Of a DNA stretch of 64,000 bases, positions 18,001-35,894 are shown in pieces. The DNA comes from the human T2T-CHM13v2.0 reference genome, Homo sapiens: NCBI RefSeq assembly GCF_009914755.1, contig NC_060945.1; one strand, written 5' to 3'. Within the stretch, counting starts at the first letter, position 1; every line of letters starts with the position of its first letter. The notes under the pieces are model-generated. The model saw nothing but the letters and a program-made list of their open reading frames with translations, did no database searches and was not told the origin of the DNA. The position numbers and the translations under genes are program-made.

Positions 18001-21000
18001 TACAGTTTGGGTCGTTTGTTATGTTATGTACAGTTTATTATAAATGTTTGGGTACTTTCATAATTTATGTACAGTATATTATACATATTTTGGGTACTTT
18101 GATATTTTATGTACAGTATATAATACATACTTTGGGTACTTTGATATTTTATGTGCAGCATATAACATATATTTGGTGTACTTTCAGATTTTATGTACAG
18201 AATATAATATATATTTGATGTACCTTCATATTTTATGTACAGAATATAATATATATTTGGGTGACCTCAATATATTATGTACAGTATATAATATATATTT
18301 GGGTGACCTTAATATATTATATACAGTATATAATATATATTTGGGCGACTTTAATATATTATGTACAGTATATAATATATTTTGGTGTACTTTGATATTT
18401 TATGTACAGAATATAATATATATTTGATATACCTTCATATTTTATGTACAGTGCATAATATATATTTTGGGTACTTTGATATTTTATGTACAGTATATAA
18501 GATACAGTTTGGGTACTTTGATATTTTATGTACTGTATAGAATATATAGTTTGAGTTCTTTGTTATTTTATGTACAGTTTACTAAAAATGTTTGGGTACT
18601 TTCATAATTTATGTACAGTATATTATACATATTTTCGGTACTTTGATATTTTATGTACAGTATATAATACATACTTTGTGTAATTTGATATTTTATGTAC
18701 AGTATATAATATATATTGGGTGTAATTTGATATTTTATGTACACTATATAATACATACTTTGGGTACTTTGATATTTTATGAACAGTATATAATATATAT
18801 TTTGGGTACTTTGATATTTTATGTACAGTATATAATATATAGTTTGAGCACTTTGTTATTTTATGTACAGTTTATTATAAAAGTTTGGGTACTTTCATAA
18901 TTTATGTATAGTATATTAGACATATTTTGGGTACTTTAATATTTTATGTACAGTATATAATATATATTTGGTGTAATGTGATATTTTATGTACAGAATAA
19001 TATATATATTGGATGTACCTTCATATTTTATGTACAGTACATAATATATATTTTGGGTACTTTGATATTTTATGTACAGTATATAATATAGAGTTTGGGT
19101 ACTTTGATATTTTATGTGCAGCGTATAATATACAGTTTGGGTACTTTGATATTTTATGTACAGTATATAATATACAGTTTGGGTAGTTTGTTATTTTATG
19201 TACAGTTTATTATAAATGTTTGGGTACTTTCATAATTTATGTACAGTATATTATACATATTTTGGGTACTTTGATATTTTATGTACAGTATATGATACAT
19301 ACTTTGGGTACTTTGATATTTTATGGGCAGCATATAACATATATTTGGTGTACTTTCAGATTTTATGTACAGAATATAATATATATTTGATGTACATTCA
19401 TATTTTATGTAAAGTATATAATATATATTTGGGCGACCTTAATATATTATGTACAGTATATAAAATATATTTGGTGTGATGTGATATTTTATGTACAGAA
19501 TAATATATATATTTGATGTACCTTCATATTTTATGTACAGTATGTAATATATACTTTGGGTACTTTGACATTTTATGTACAGTATATAATATATACTTTG
19601 GGAACTTTGATATTTTATGTGCAGCATATAATATACAGTTTGGGTACTTTTATATTTTATGTACAGTATATATTATACAGTTTGGGTAGTCTGTTATTTT
19701 ATGTACAGTTTAGTATAAATGTTTGGGTACTTTCATAATTTATGTACAGTATATTACGCATATTTCGGTACTTTGATATTTTATGTACAGTATATAATAC
19801 ATAATTTGGGTACTTTGATATTTTATGTGCAGCATATAACATATATTTGGTGTACTTTCAGATTTTATGTACAGAATATAATATATATTTGATGTACCTT
19901 CATATTTTATGTACAGTGTATAATATATATTTGGGCGACCTTAATATATTATGTACAGTATATAATATATATTTGGGCGACATTAACATATTATGTACAG
20001 TATATAATATATTTTGGTGTACTTTGATATTTTATGTACAGAATATAATATATATTTGATGTACCTTCATATTTTATGTACAGTACATAATATATATTTT
20101 GGGTACTTTGATATTTTATGTACAGTATATAATATACATTTTGGGAACTTTGATATTTTATGTACTGTATAGAATATATAGTTTGAGCACTTTGTTATTT
20201 TATGTACAGTTTACTATAAATGTTTGGGTACTTTCATAATTTATGTACAGTATATTATACATATTTTGTGTACTTTGATATTTTATGTACAGTATATAAT
20301 ACATACTTTGGGTAATTTGATATTTTATTTACAGTATATAATATATATTGGGTGTAATTTGATATTTTATGTACAGTATATAATACATACTTTGGGTACT
20401 TTGATATTTTATGAACAGTATATAATATATATTTTGGGTACTTTGATATTTTATGTACAGTATATAATATATAGTTTGAGCACTTTGTTATCTTTGTTAT
20501 TTTATGTACAGTTTATTATAAATGTTTGGGTACTTTCATAATTTATGTATAGTATATTAGACATATTTTTGGTACTTTAATATTTTATGTACAGTATATA
20601 ATATATATTTGGTGTAATGTGATATTTTATGTACAGAACAATATATATATTTGATGTACCTTCATATTTTATGTACAGTATGTAATATATACTTTGGGTA
20701 CTTTGATATTTTATGTACAGTATGTAATATATACTTTGGGTACTTTGATATTTTATGTGCAGCGTATAATATACAGTTTGGGTACTTTGATATTTTATGT
20801 GCAGCGTATAATATACAGTTTGGGTACTTTGATATTTTATGTACAGTATATAATATACAGTTTGGGTAGTTTGTTATTTTATGTACAGTTTATTATATAT
20901 ATTTGGGTACTTTCATAATTTATGTACAGTATATTATACATATTTTGGGTACTTTGAAATTTTATGTACAGTATATAATACATACTTTGGGTACTTTGAT

Positions 21001-24000
21001 ATTTTATGTGCAGCATATAACATATATTTGGTGTACTTTCAGATTTTATGTACAGAATATAATATATATTTGATGTACCTTCATATTTTATGTACAGTGT
21101 ATAATATATATTTGGGCGACCATAATATATTATGTACAGTATATAATATATATTTGGGCGAGTTTAATATATTACGAACAGTATATATTTCGGTGTACTT
21201 TGATATTTTATGTACAGAATATAATATATATTTGATGTACCTTCATATTTTATGTACCCTATATAATATATACTTTGTGTACTTTGATATTTTCTGTACA
21301 GTATATAATATATACTTTGGGTACTTTGATATTTTATGTACTGTATAGAATATATAGTTTGAGTACTTTGTTATATTATGTACAGTTTATTATAAATGTT
21401 TGGGTACTTTCATAATTTATGTACAGTATATTATACATATTTTGGGTACTTTGATATTTTATGTACAGTATATAATACATACTTTGGGTACTTTGATATT
21501 TTATGGGCAGCATATAACATATATTTGGTGTACTTACGGATTTTATGTACAGAATATAATACATATTTTATGTACCTTCATATTTTATGTACAGTATATA
21601 ATATATATTTGGGCGACCTTAATATATTATGTACAGTATATAATATATATTTGGGTGACTTTAATATATTATGTACAGTATATAATATATTTTGGTGTAC
21701 TTTGATATTTTATGTACAGAATATAATATATATTTGATGTACCTTAATATTTTATGTACAGTACATAATATATATTTTGGGTACTTTGATATTTTATGTA
21801 CAGTATATAATATATATTTGGTGTAATGTGATATTTTATGTACAGAATAATATATATATTTGATGTACCTTCATATTTTATGTACAGTATATAATATATA
21901 CTTTGGGTACTTTGATATTTTATGTACTGTATATTATATAGACTTTGGGTACTTTGATATTTTATGTGCAGCGTATAATATACAGTTTGGGTACTTTGAT
22001 ATTTTATGTACAGTGTATAATATACAGTTTGGGTAGTTTGATATTTTATGTACAATTTATTATAAATGTTTGGGTACTTTCATAATTTATGTACAGTATA
22101 TTATACATATTTTGGGTACTTTGATATTTTATATACAGTACATACTACAAACTTTGGGTAATTTGATATTTTATGTACAGTATATAATATATATTTGGTG
22201 TAGTTTGATATTTTATGTACAGGGTATAATACATACTTTGGGTACTTTGATATTTTATGTACAGTATACAATATATATTTTGGGTACTTAGATATTTTAT
22301 GTACAGTATATAATACATACTTTGTGTAATTTGATATTTTATGTGCAGCATATAACATATATTTGATGTACATTCATTTTTTATGTACAGAATATAATAT
22401 ATATTTGATGTACCTTCATATTTTATGTACAGTATATAATATAAATTTGGGCGACCTTAATATATTATGTACGGTATATAATATATATTTGTGCGTCTTT
22501 AATATATTATGTATAGTATATAATATATTTTGGTGTACTTTGATATTATATGTACAGAATATAATATATATTTGATGTACCTTCATATTTTATGTACAGT
22601 ACATAATATATATTTTGGGAAATTTGATATTTTATGTTCAGTATATAATATACAGTTTGGGTACTTTGATATTTTATGTACTGTATAGAATATATAGTTT
22701 GAGTACTTTGTTATTTTATGTACAGTTTATTATAAATGTTTGGGTACTTTCATAATTTATGTAGAGTATATTATACATATTTTGGGTACTTTGATATTTT
22801 ATATACAGTATATAATACATACTTTGGGTAATTTGATATTTTATGTACAGTATATAATATATATTTGGTGTAGTTTGATATTTTATGTACAGGGTATAAT
22901 ACATACTTTGGGTACTTTGATATTTTATGTACAGTATAGAATATATATTTTGGGCACTTTGATATTTTATGTACAGTATATAATACATACTTTGGGTACT
23001 TTGATATTTTATGTGCAGCATATAACATATATTTGGTGTACATTCATTTTTTATGTACAGAATATAATATATATTTGATGTACCTTCATATTTTATGTAC
23101 AGTATATAATATAAATTTGGGCGACCTTAATATATTATGTACGGTATATAATATATATTTGTGCGACTTTAATATATTATGTATAGTATATAATATATTT
23201 TGGTGTACTTTGATATTTTATGTACAGAATATAATATATATTTGATGTACCTTCATATTTTATCTACAGTACATAATATATATTTTGGGTAATTTGATAT
23301 TTTATGTACAGAATATAATATACAGTTTGGGAACTTTGATATTTTATGTATTGTATAGAATATAGAGTTTGAGTACTTTGTTATTTTATGTACAGTTTAT
23401 TATAAATGTTTGAGTACTTTCATAATTTATGTACAGTATATTATACATATTTTGGGTACTTTGATATTTTATGTACAGTATATAATACGTACTTTGGGTA
23501 ATTTGATATTTTATGTACAGTATATAATATATATTTGGTGTAGTTTGATATTTTATGTACAGGATATAATACATACTTTGGGTACTTTGATATTTTATGT
23601 ACAGTATATAATATACATTTTGGGTACTTTGATATTTTATGTACAGTATATAATATACAGTTTGGGTACTTTGATATTTTATGTACAGTATATAATATAT
23701 AGTTTGAGTACTTTGTTATTTTATGTACAGTTTATTATAAATGTTTGTGTACTTTCAAAAATTATGTACAGCATATTATACATATTTTGGGTACTTTGAT
23801 ATTTTATGTACAGTATATAATACATACTTTGGGTACTTTGATATTTTCTGTGCAGCATATAATATATATTTGGTGTAATTTCAGATTTTATGTACAGAAT
23901 ATAAAATATGTTTCATGTACCTTCATATTTTATGTACAGTATATAATATATATTTGGGCGACCTTAATATATTATGTACAGTATATAATATATTTTGGTG

Positions 24001-27000
24001 TACTTTGATATTTTATGTACAGAATATAATATACATTTGATGTACCTTCATATTTTATGTACAGTACATAATATATATTTTCGCTACTTTGATATTTTAT
24101 GTACAGTATATAATATACAGTTTGGGTACTTTGATATTTTATGTACAGTATATAATAAATAGTTTGGGTACTTTGTTATTTTATGTAAAGTTTATTATAA
24201 ATGTTTGGGTACTTTCATAATTTATGTACAGTATATTATATATATTTTGGGTACTTTGATATTTTATGTACAGTATATAATATATATTTGGTTTAATTTG
24301 ATATTTTATGTACAGGATATAATACATACTTTGGGTACTTTGATATTTTATGTACAGTATAAAATACATACCTTGGGTAATTTGATATTTTATGTACAGT
24401 ATATAATATATATTTGGCGTAGTTTGATAATTTATGTACAGTATATAATACATACTTTGGGTAATTTGATATTTTATGTACAGTATATAATATATATTTT
24501 GGGTACTTTGATATTTATGTACAGTATATAATATACAGTTTGAGTACTTTGATATTTTATGTACAGTATATAATATATAGTTTGAGTACTTTGTTATTTT
24601 ATGTACACTTTATTATAAATGTTTGGGTACTTTCATGATTTATATACAGTATATTATACATACTTTGGGTACTTTGATATTTTATGTACAGTATATAATA
24701 TATATTTGGTGTAATGTGATATTTTATGTACAGAATAATATATATATTTGATGTACCTTCATATTTTATGTACAGAATGTAATATATACTTTGGGTACTT
24801 TGATATTTTATGTACATTATATAATATATACTTTGGGTACTTTGATATTTTATGTGCAGCATATAATATACAGTTTGGATACTTTGATATTTTATGTACA
24901 GTATATACTATACTCTTTGGGTAGTTTGTTATTTTATGTACAGTTTATTTTAAATGTTTGGGTACTTTCATAATGTATGTACAGTATATTATACATATTT
25001 TGGGTACTTTGATATTTTATGTACAGTATATAATACATACTTTGGGTACTTTGATATTTCATGTGCAGCATATAACATATATTTGGTGTACTTTCAGATT
25101 TTATGTACAGAATATAATATATATTTGATGTACCTTCATATTTTATGTACAGTATATAATATATATTTGGGCGACTTTAATATATTATGTACAGTATATC
25201 ATATATTTTGGTGTACTTTGATATTTTATGTACAGAATATAATATATATTTGATGTACCTTCATATTTTATGTACAGAATATAATATATATTTGATGTAC
25301 CTTCATATTTTATGTACAGTAGATGATATATATTTTGGGGAATTTGATATTTCATGTACAGTATATAATATACAGTTTGGGTACTTTGATATTTTATGTA
25401 CTGTATAGAATATATAGTTTGAGTACGTTATTATCTTATGTACAGTTTATTATAAATGTTTGGGTACTTTCATAATTTATGTACAGTATATTATACATAT
25501 TTTGGGTACTTTGATATTTTATGTACAGTATATAATACATACTTTGGGTACTTTGATATTTTATGTGCAGCATATAACATATATTTGGTGTACTTTCAGA
25601 TTTTATGTACAGAATATAAAATATATTTGATGTACCTTCATATTTTATGTACAGTATATAATATATATTTGGGCGACCTTAATATATTATGTACAGTATA
25701 TAATATATATTTGTGCGACTTTAATATATTATGTACAGTATATAATATATTTTGGTGTAGTTTGATATTTTATGTACAGAATATAATATATATTTGATGT
25801 ACCTTCATATTTTATGTACAGTACATAATATATATTTTGCGTAATTTGATATTTTATGTTCAGTATATAATACACAGTTTGGGTACTTTGATATTTTATG
25901 TACTGTATAGAATATATAGTTTGAGTACGTTGTTATTTTATGTACAGTTTATTATAAATGTTTGGGTACTTTCATAATTTATGTACAGTATATTATACAT
26001 ATTTTGGGTTCTTTGATATTTTATGTACAGTATATAATACATACTTTGGTTACTTTGATATTTTATGTGCAGAATATAACATATATTTGGTGTACTTTCA
26101 AATTTTATGTACAGAATATAATATATATTTCATATACCTTCATATTTTATGTACAGTATATAATATATATTTGGGTGAAGTTAATATATTATGTACAGTA
26201 TATAATATATATTTGGGTGACTTTAATATATTATGTACAGTATATAATATATTTTGGTGTACTTTGATAATTTATGTACAGAATATAATATATACTAGAT
26301 GTACCTTCATATTTTATGTACAGTACATAATATATATTTTGGGTACTTTGATATTTTATGTACGGTATATAATATACAGTTTGGGTACTTTGATATTTTA
26401 TGTCCTGTATAGAATATATAGTTTGAGTACTTTGTTATTTTATGTACATTTTATTATAAATGGGTACTTTCACAATTTATGTACAGAATATTATACATAT
26501 TTTGGGTACTTTGGTATTTTATGTACAGTATATAATACATACTTTGGGTAATTTGATATTTTATGTACAGTATATAATATATATTTGGTGTAATGTGATA
26601 TTTTAGGTACAGAATAATATATATATTTGATGTACATTCATATTTTATGTACAGTATGTAATATATACTTTGTGTACTTTGATATTTTATGTACAGTATA
26701 TAATATATACTTTGGGTACTTTGATATTTTATGTGAAGCATATAATATACAGTTTGGGTACTTTGATATTTTTTGTACAGTATATAATATACAGTTTGGG
26801 TAGTTTGTTATTTTATGTACAGTTTATCATAAATGTTTGGGTACTTTCATAATTTATGTACAGTACATAATATATATTTTGGGTACTTTGATATTTTATG
26901 TACAATATATAATATACAGTTTGGGTACCTTGATATTTTATGTACAGTATGAAATATACAGTTTGGGTACTTTGATATATTATGTACAGTATATATGTTT

Positions 27001-27418
27001 GGGTAGTCTGATATTTTATGTACAGTACAGAATATATATTTGGTGTACTTTGATATTTTTTGTACAGTATAGAATATATATTTGGTGTAATTTGATATTT
27101 TGTGTACAGTATATAATATATAGTTTGGGTACTTTGATATGTTATGTACAGTAGATAATACATGTTTGTGTACTTTGATATTTTATTTACAATATAGAAT
27201 ATATATTTGGTGTACTTTGATATTTTATGTACAGCATAGAATATATATTTGGTGTACTTTTATATTTTATGTACACTAATATATAGTTTCTGTACCTTGA
27301 TATTTTATGTACAGTATATAATATATAGATTCAGTACTTTGATATTTTATGTACAGTATGGAATATATAGTTTGCATACTTTGATATTTTATGTACAGTA
27401 TATGTTATATAGTTTGGG
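1..27418. repeat. HSat1A (satellite 1 / SAR) 42-bp tandem satellite array, open at the left window edge
   Basis: Continuous 42-bp monomer ttgggtactttgatattttatgtacagtatataatatatact. Two GTAC sites split it into the classic 17-bp and 25-bp subunits. The 14-aa periodicity of the ORF track (GTLIFYVQYIIYSL) confirms the 42-bp period. Confidence 0.95.
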
Positions 27419-27961
27419 AGCATAATATCAAATATTAAAATATATATTATATTATGATATATTAAATATCATACATATGTATCATATATTGTACATTATA
27501 TATTATATATTATACATTTTATATGTTATATATTATATATAATGATACTTATATAATTATACATATAACTACATAATTATATAATTATATACATAATTAT
27601 TTGTATTATATATATAATTATATGATTATATATTTATTTATATTACATATAATTATACAATTATATATATTTTATTATATATAAATTATAATATGTAACA
27701 AAATAGATATATTATATATCATGATATATTAGATACGTTATACATTTTATTATATATAACTATATATTACATTATATATAACTATATATTTTCATCTATA
27801 ATATATATAATGTATATGTATTATATAATATATATTACATAACACATATAATATATATGTAATATGACATGATAAATATTACATATTATGACATATAATA
27901 TATATGACATTATATATTACATGTAAAGCATATTATATAATATATGGTATATGTCATATAA

Positions 27962-28818
27962 TTTTTTTTTAGACAGCGTCTTGTTCTGTTGCACAGGCTG
28001 GAGTACAATGGCGCCATCTTTGCTCACTGCAACATGTGCCTCACATGTTCAAGCGATTGTCCTACCTCAGCCTCCCAGGTAGCTGGGACTACACCGCACT
28101 GGTACTACACCAGCTGCCACCATGCCTAGCTAATTTTTTGGATTTTTAGTAGTGACAGCGTTTCACTGTATTGGACAGGATGGTCTTGATCTCCTCACCT
28201 TGTGATCCTCTTGCCTTGGCCTCCAAAAGTGCTGGGATTACAGGCCTGAGCCAAGATACATATTTTCTAAATGAAAAAAAAATTCAAATGTACTCTGCTT
28301 GGTACAAGAATCAAATATTTAAACTGAGGAATAAAACATAACCATGAAACATATTTATAACTGCATATGGAAAATACAGAGGATAATTTTCTAAATAACA
28401 TATTTTGAAAGCATTAAGTAGTAATTTGAAGAGTTCGCATTTCAAAGGCCAGTATGAATATACCTTCAATGCAGCAACATAGGTTCCCCATGAGAAAAAT
28501 CAAAATCAGGGAAAATAAAACCACAAAGGTTCAATCTGTTCTGACCTTTGAAAAACACAGCACAGGCAGTGGCCCTTAGGACCAAGAGCAGGAGATCCCT
28601 AATCTCGTCACCATGGCGATAGGGCATCAACTTTGCAGGGTGAGGTAACAATCCACATTGTGAGGTCCAACTGCTGCCAGGAAGACAGGAGTGCTTTTAC
28701 CTAGACTGAAAGGTCATTGAAGGCTCAGTGTTTTGTTTCAAAAACTGAATCCCAAGCCCACACATTATTATGCTGTGCTTCTTAAAATAAGTTATGAGAT
28801 GGGAAATAGGGCACCCAC
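27962..28818 (-). repeat. HSat1B copy 1: antisense Alu (27962-28252) + HSATI core
   Basis: poly-T, agacagcgtcttgttctgttgcacaggctgg…gattacaggcctgagcc, then the core ending gggcacccac. Confidence 0.9.
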
Positions 28819-30238
28819 ATATATATATATAGTATACATAATAATATATAGTATAATATACATAATATTTATAAAATACATATAATTTTGTTTTACATCC
28901 TGCATCTATTATATATATTATATGTAATATAATTGATAAAATACATTATATATCTACAATGACATATAATATATATATTTTATGAGATATATATTATATA
29001 TCACATAAATATTACAAGTATAATAAACGTATTAAGTATATAACATACATTATATGTATTATATATGTAACATATGATACATAATAATATATAACAGCAT
29101 ATAATTATATATATACAATATGACATATATATTTTGACATATATATAATATGCATTATATATTATATATATAATAATTTATATGTATAATACATATATTA
29201 AATATATAATATGTATATGTTATATATTATATATAAGCTATGTTACATATTATATATACTATGTTATATATTATATATGTTATATACTATATATGTTATA
29301 TATAATATATGAGTTATATGTAATGTATTATTTAATATAATATAATGTATATCATATATTACATATAATATACACCATATATTATATATAATATATGCAA
29401 TATATGGTATATGATATATATAATACACCAGATGATATATATGATATACAATACATGATATATAATATATAACATATGATACATAATATATATGGTATAT
29501 AATATATATTATATGATATATATTATATATGTTTTATATTATATTATATATAAATATTTTATATTATATATAACTATACAATTATATGTAACTGCATATT
29601 ACATTATATATAAATATATAATATTAACATATATAATGTTACTATATATTTCGTATATTATTATATATATTATATATAACATAATATATATTATATATCA
29701 AAATATGTCACATACATAATGTTAAAATATATATTATATTATGATATATTAAAAAACATATATTATGTAAAATATATTGTATATTATATATTATATATTT
29801 TATATTTAATATATTATATTATATATTATTATACTTAGTTATATAATTATACATATAACTATATAATTATATATAATTATTTATATTATGTATATAATTA
29901 TATGATTATACAAGTATTTATATTACATATAATTATATAATTATGTATACTATGTTATATATAAAATATATATAACATAAAATATATATATTATATATCA
30001 TATATGATAGATATGTTATATATTATATTACATATAACTATATGTTATATAATATATAAATATATATTTTCATCTATGACATATAATAATGTATATGTAT
30101 TATATATTATATACATTATGTAATATATATAATACATATAATATATATGACATGATAAATATATATGACATAATATATATGATAGTTTATATTACATATT
30201 AAACATGTTATATAATTTGTAATATATATCATACATAA

Positions 30239-31092
<854 letters not shown>

Positions 31093-32746
31093 ATATATAT
31101 ATATATATGTTGTATACATAATAATATATAGTATAATATATATTTTTTTAAAATATATATAATTTTGTTTTACGTCCTGCATCTTATGTTATATATGTAA
31201 TACAATAATTGATAATATATAATTATTATATATCTACAAGATGACATATAATATACATTATATTTTATGAGATATATAATATATATTATATATCACATAT
31301 ATATTATAAGTATAATAATCATTAAATATATAATATACATATGTAATATATATATTATATCTAACATAAATATAATATATAATATGTAATAACATTATTA
31401 TATATACAATATCACATAATATATATATTTTATGACATATATAATACATATTATATATTATATATAATAATTAATATGTATAATACATATAATATGTATA
31501 TGTTATATATTATATATAAGTTACATGTTATATCTTATATATGCTGTTACATATATGTTATATACTATATATGACATATATAATATATATGTAATGTATT
31601 ATTTATTATATATAATATAATATATATCATATATTATATGTAATATACACCATATATTATATATAATATATAATATAAAATATATGGTATATGATATATA
31701 TATTATACCAGATATATATATGATATATAATACATGATATATAATATACAATATATGATATATAATATATATGGTATATAATATATACTATATGATATAT
31801 ATTATATATGTTTTATATTATAGTATATATAAATATTTATTATATATAACTACAATATATGTATATATTATATTATATATAACTATATAATATTAACATA
31901 ATTTTATTATATATTTCATGTTATATCAACATATATTATGTTATATATTATATATTATATATCACATATTACATTATATATTATATATCAAATATATGTT
32001 ACATACATAATATTAAAATATATATTATATTATGATATATTGAATATATATATTATGTATCATATATTTTATATTATATATTATATTATATATTTTGTTA
32101 TATATTATATTATATATACTTATAGTTATATAATTATACATATAACTATATAATTATATAATTATATAATTATACATATAACTATATAATTATATAATTA
32201 TATAATTATACATATAACTATATAATTATATAATTATATAATTATACATATAACTATATAATTATATAATTATATAATTATATTATGTATATAATTATAT
32301 AATTATATTATGTATATAATTATATATATAATTATATTATGTATATAATTATATAATTATATATATAATTATATTATGTATATAATTATATATATAATTA
32401 TATTATGTATATAATTATATACATAATTACATTGTGTATATAATTATATGATTATATAAGTATTTATATTATATATAATTATATACTTATATGTTATATT
32501 ATATATAAAATAATATGACATAAAATATATATATTATATCATATATGATATATTAGATATGTTATATATTACATATAACTATGTTATATAATATATATAT
32601 ATTTTCATCTATAAGATATATAATAATATATATGTATTATATATATTACATAATATATAATATATAATATATGTAACATGACATATGATAAATATATATT
32701 ATGACATATGTGATATTATATATTACATATAAAGCATATTATATAA

Positions 32747-33617
<871 letters not shown>

Positions 33618-35022
33618 ATATATATATACATATATTATATATATAATAATATATAGTATAATATATATAATATAAACAACATATATAATTTTGTTTTACA
33701 TCCTGCATATTATATATGTAATATAATAATTGATAATATATAATTATATGTATAAAATATGAAATATATATATTTTAAGACATATATAATATATATTATA
33801 TATCACATATACATTATATGTATAATACACCTATTAAATATATAATATACATTATATAATATAGATACTATATCCATGTTATATATTATATATAATATAT
33901 AATACATAATTATATATGTACAATATGACACAATATATATTTTATGACATTTATATAATATAAATTATATATTATATATACTTTATACGTATAATACATA
34001 TATTAAATATATATTATATGTATATGTTATATATTATATATATGATATATGTTATATATTATATAAAATATATGTTATATGTTATATGTTATATACAATA
34101 TATGTTATATATAATGTTATATATAATGTATAATTTATTATAGATAATAGAATGTATATCATATATTATATATAATATACACCATATATTATAATATATA
34201 ATATACAATATATGGTATATGAGATATATATCACATATGATATATATGATATATAATATATGACATAATATATATGCTATATAATATATATTATATGATA
34301 TATATTATATATGTTTTATATTATATATAACTAATATATACAACTATATAATACATATAAATATATAATACACTATTATAGAGGAATATATAATAGTATA
34401 TTATATAGAACTATATAATATTAAGTTATATAACATTTTATTATATGTTATATAACATATATATTACATTATATTATTATATATTACACAATATATATTA
34501 TATATCACATAATATGTTACATACACAATATTGAAATATACATTATGTTATATTAAATATATATATTATGTAGATGTTGTATACTATATATTATATATTA
34601 TACATTATATATTTATTATTATATTATATATAATTATACTTAGTTATATAGTTATACATATAACTATATAATTATATAATTACATACATAATTATTTATA
34701 TTATATATAAAAATATGATTATATAATTATATTACATATAATTATATATTTTATTACATATAAAATATAATATATAACATACAATATATATGTTATATAT
34801 CATGTATGATATATTAGATATATTATACATTATATATAACTATATGTTACATTATATATAACTATGTATTCTCCTCTATAAGATATATAATATGTATTAT
34901 GTATTATATATATTATGTAATATAATATATATTATATATAAAATAACATATAAATATTATATATTATGACATATAATATATATATTATATATTACTTAGA
35001 AAGCATATCATATAATATATAA

Positions 35023-35894
<872 letters not shown>

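Noticed and set aside
194-27163. Roughly 100 overlapping Y/I/F-rich ORFs with 14-aa periodicity
   Set aside because: Artefact of a 42-bp (3x14) satellite with stop-poor frames. They occur in several frames on both strands with no gene structure.
1-27418. CRISPR-like repeat-spacer appearance
   Set aside because: The variable parts are variants of the same monomer rather than unique spacers. There are no cas genes and the context is primate (Alu/L1).
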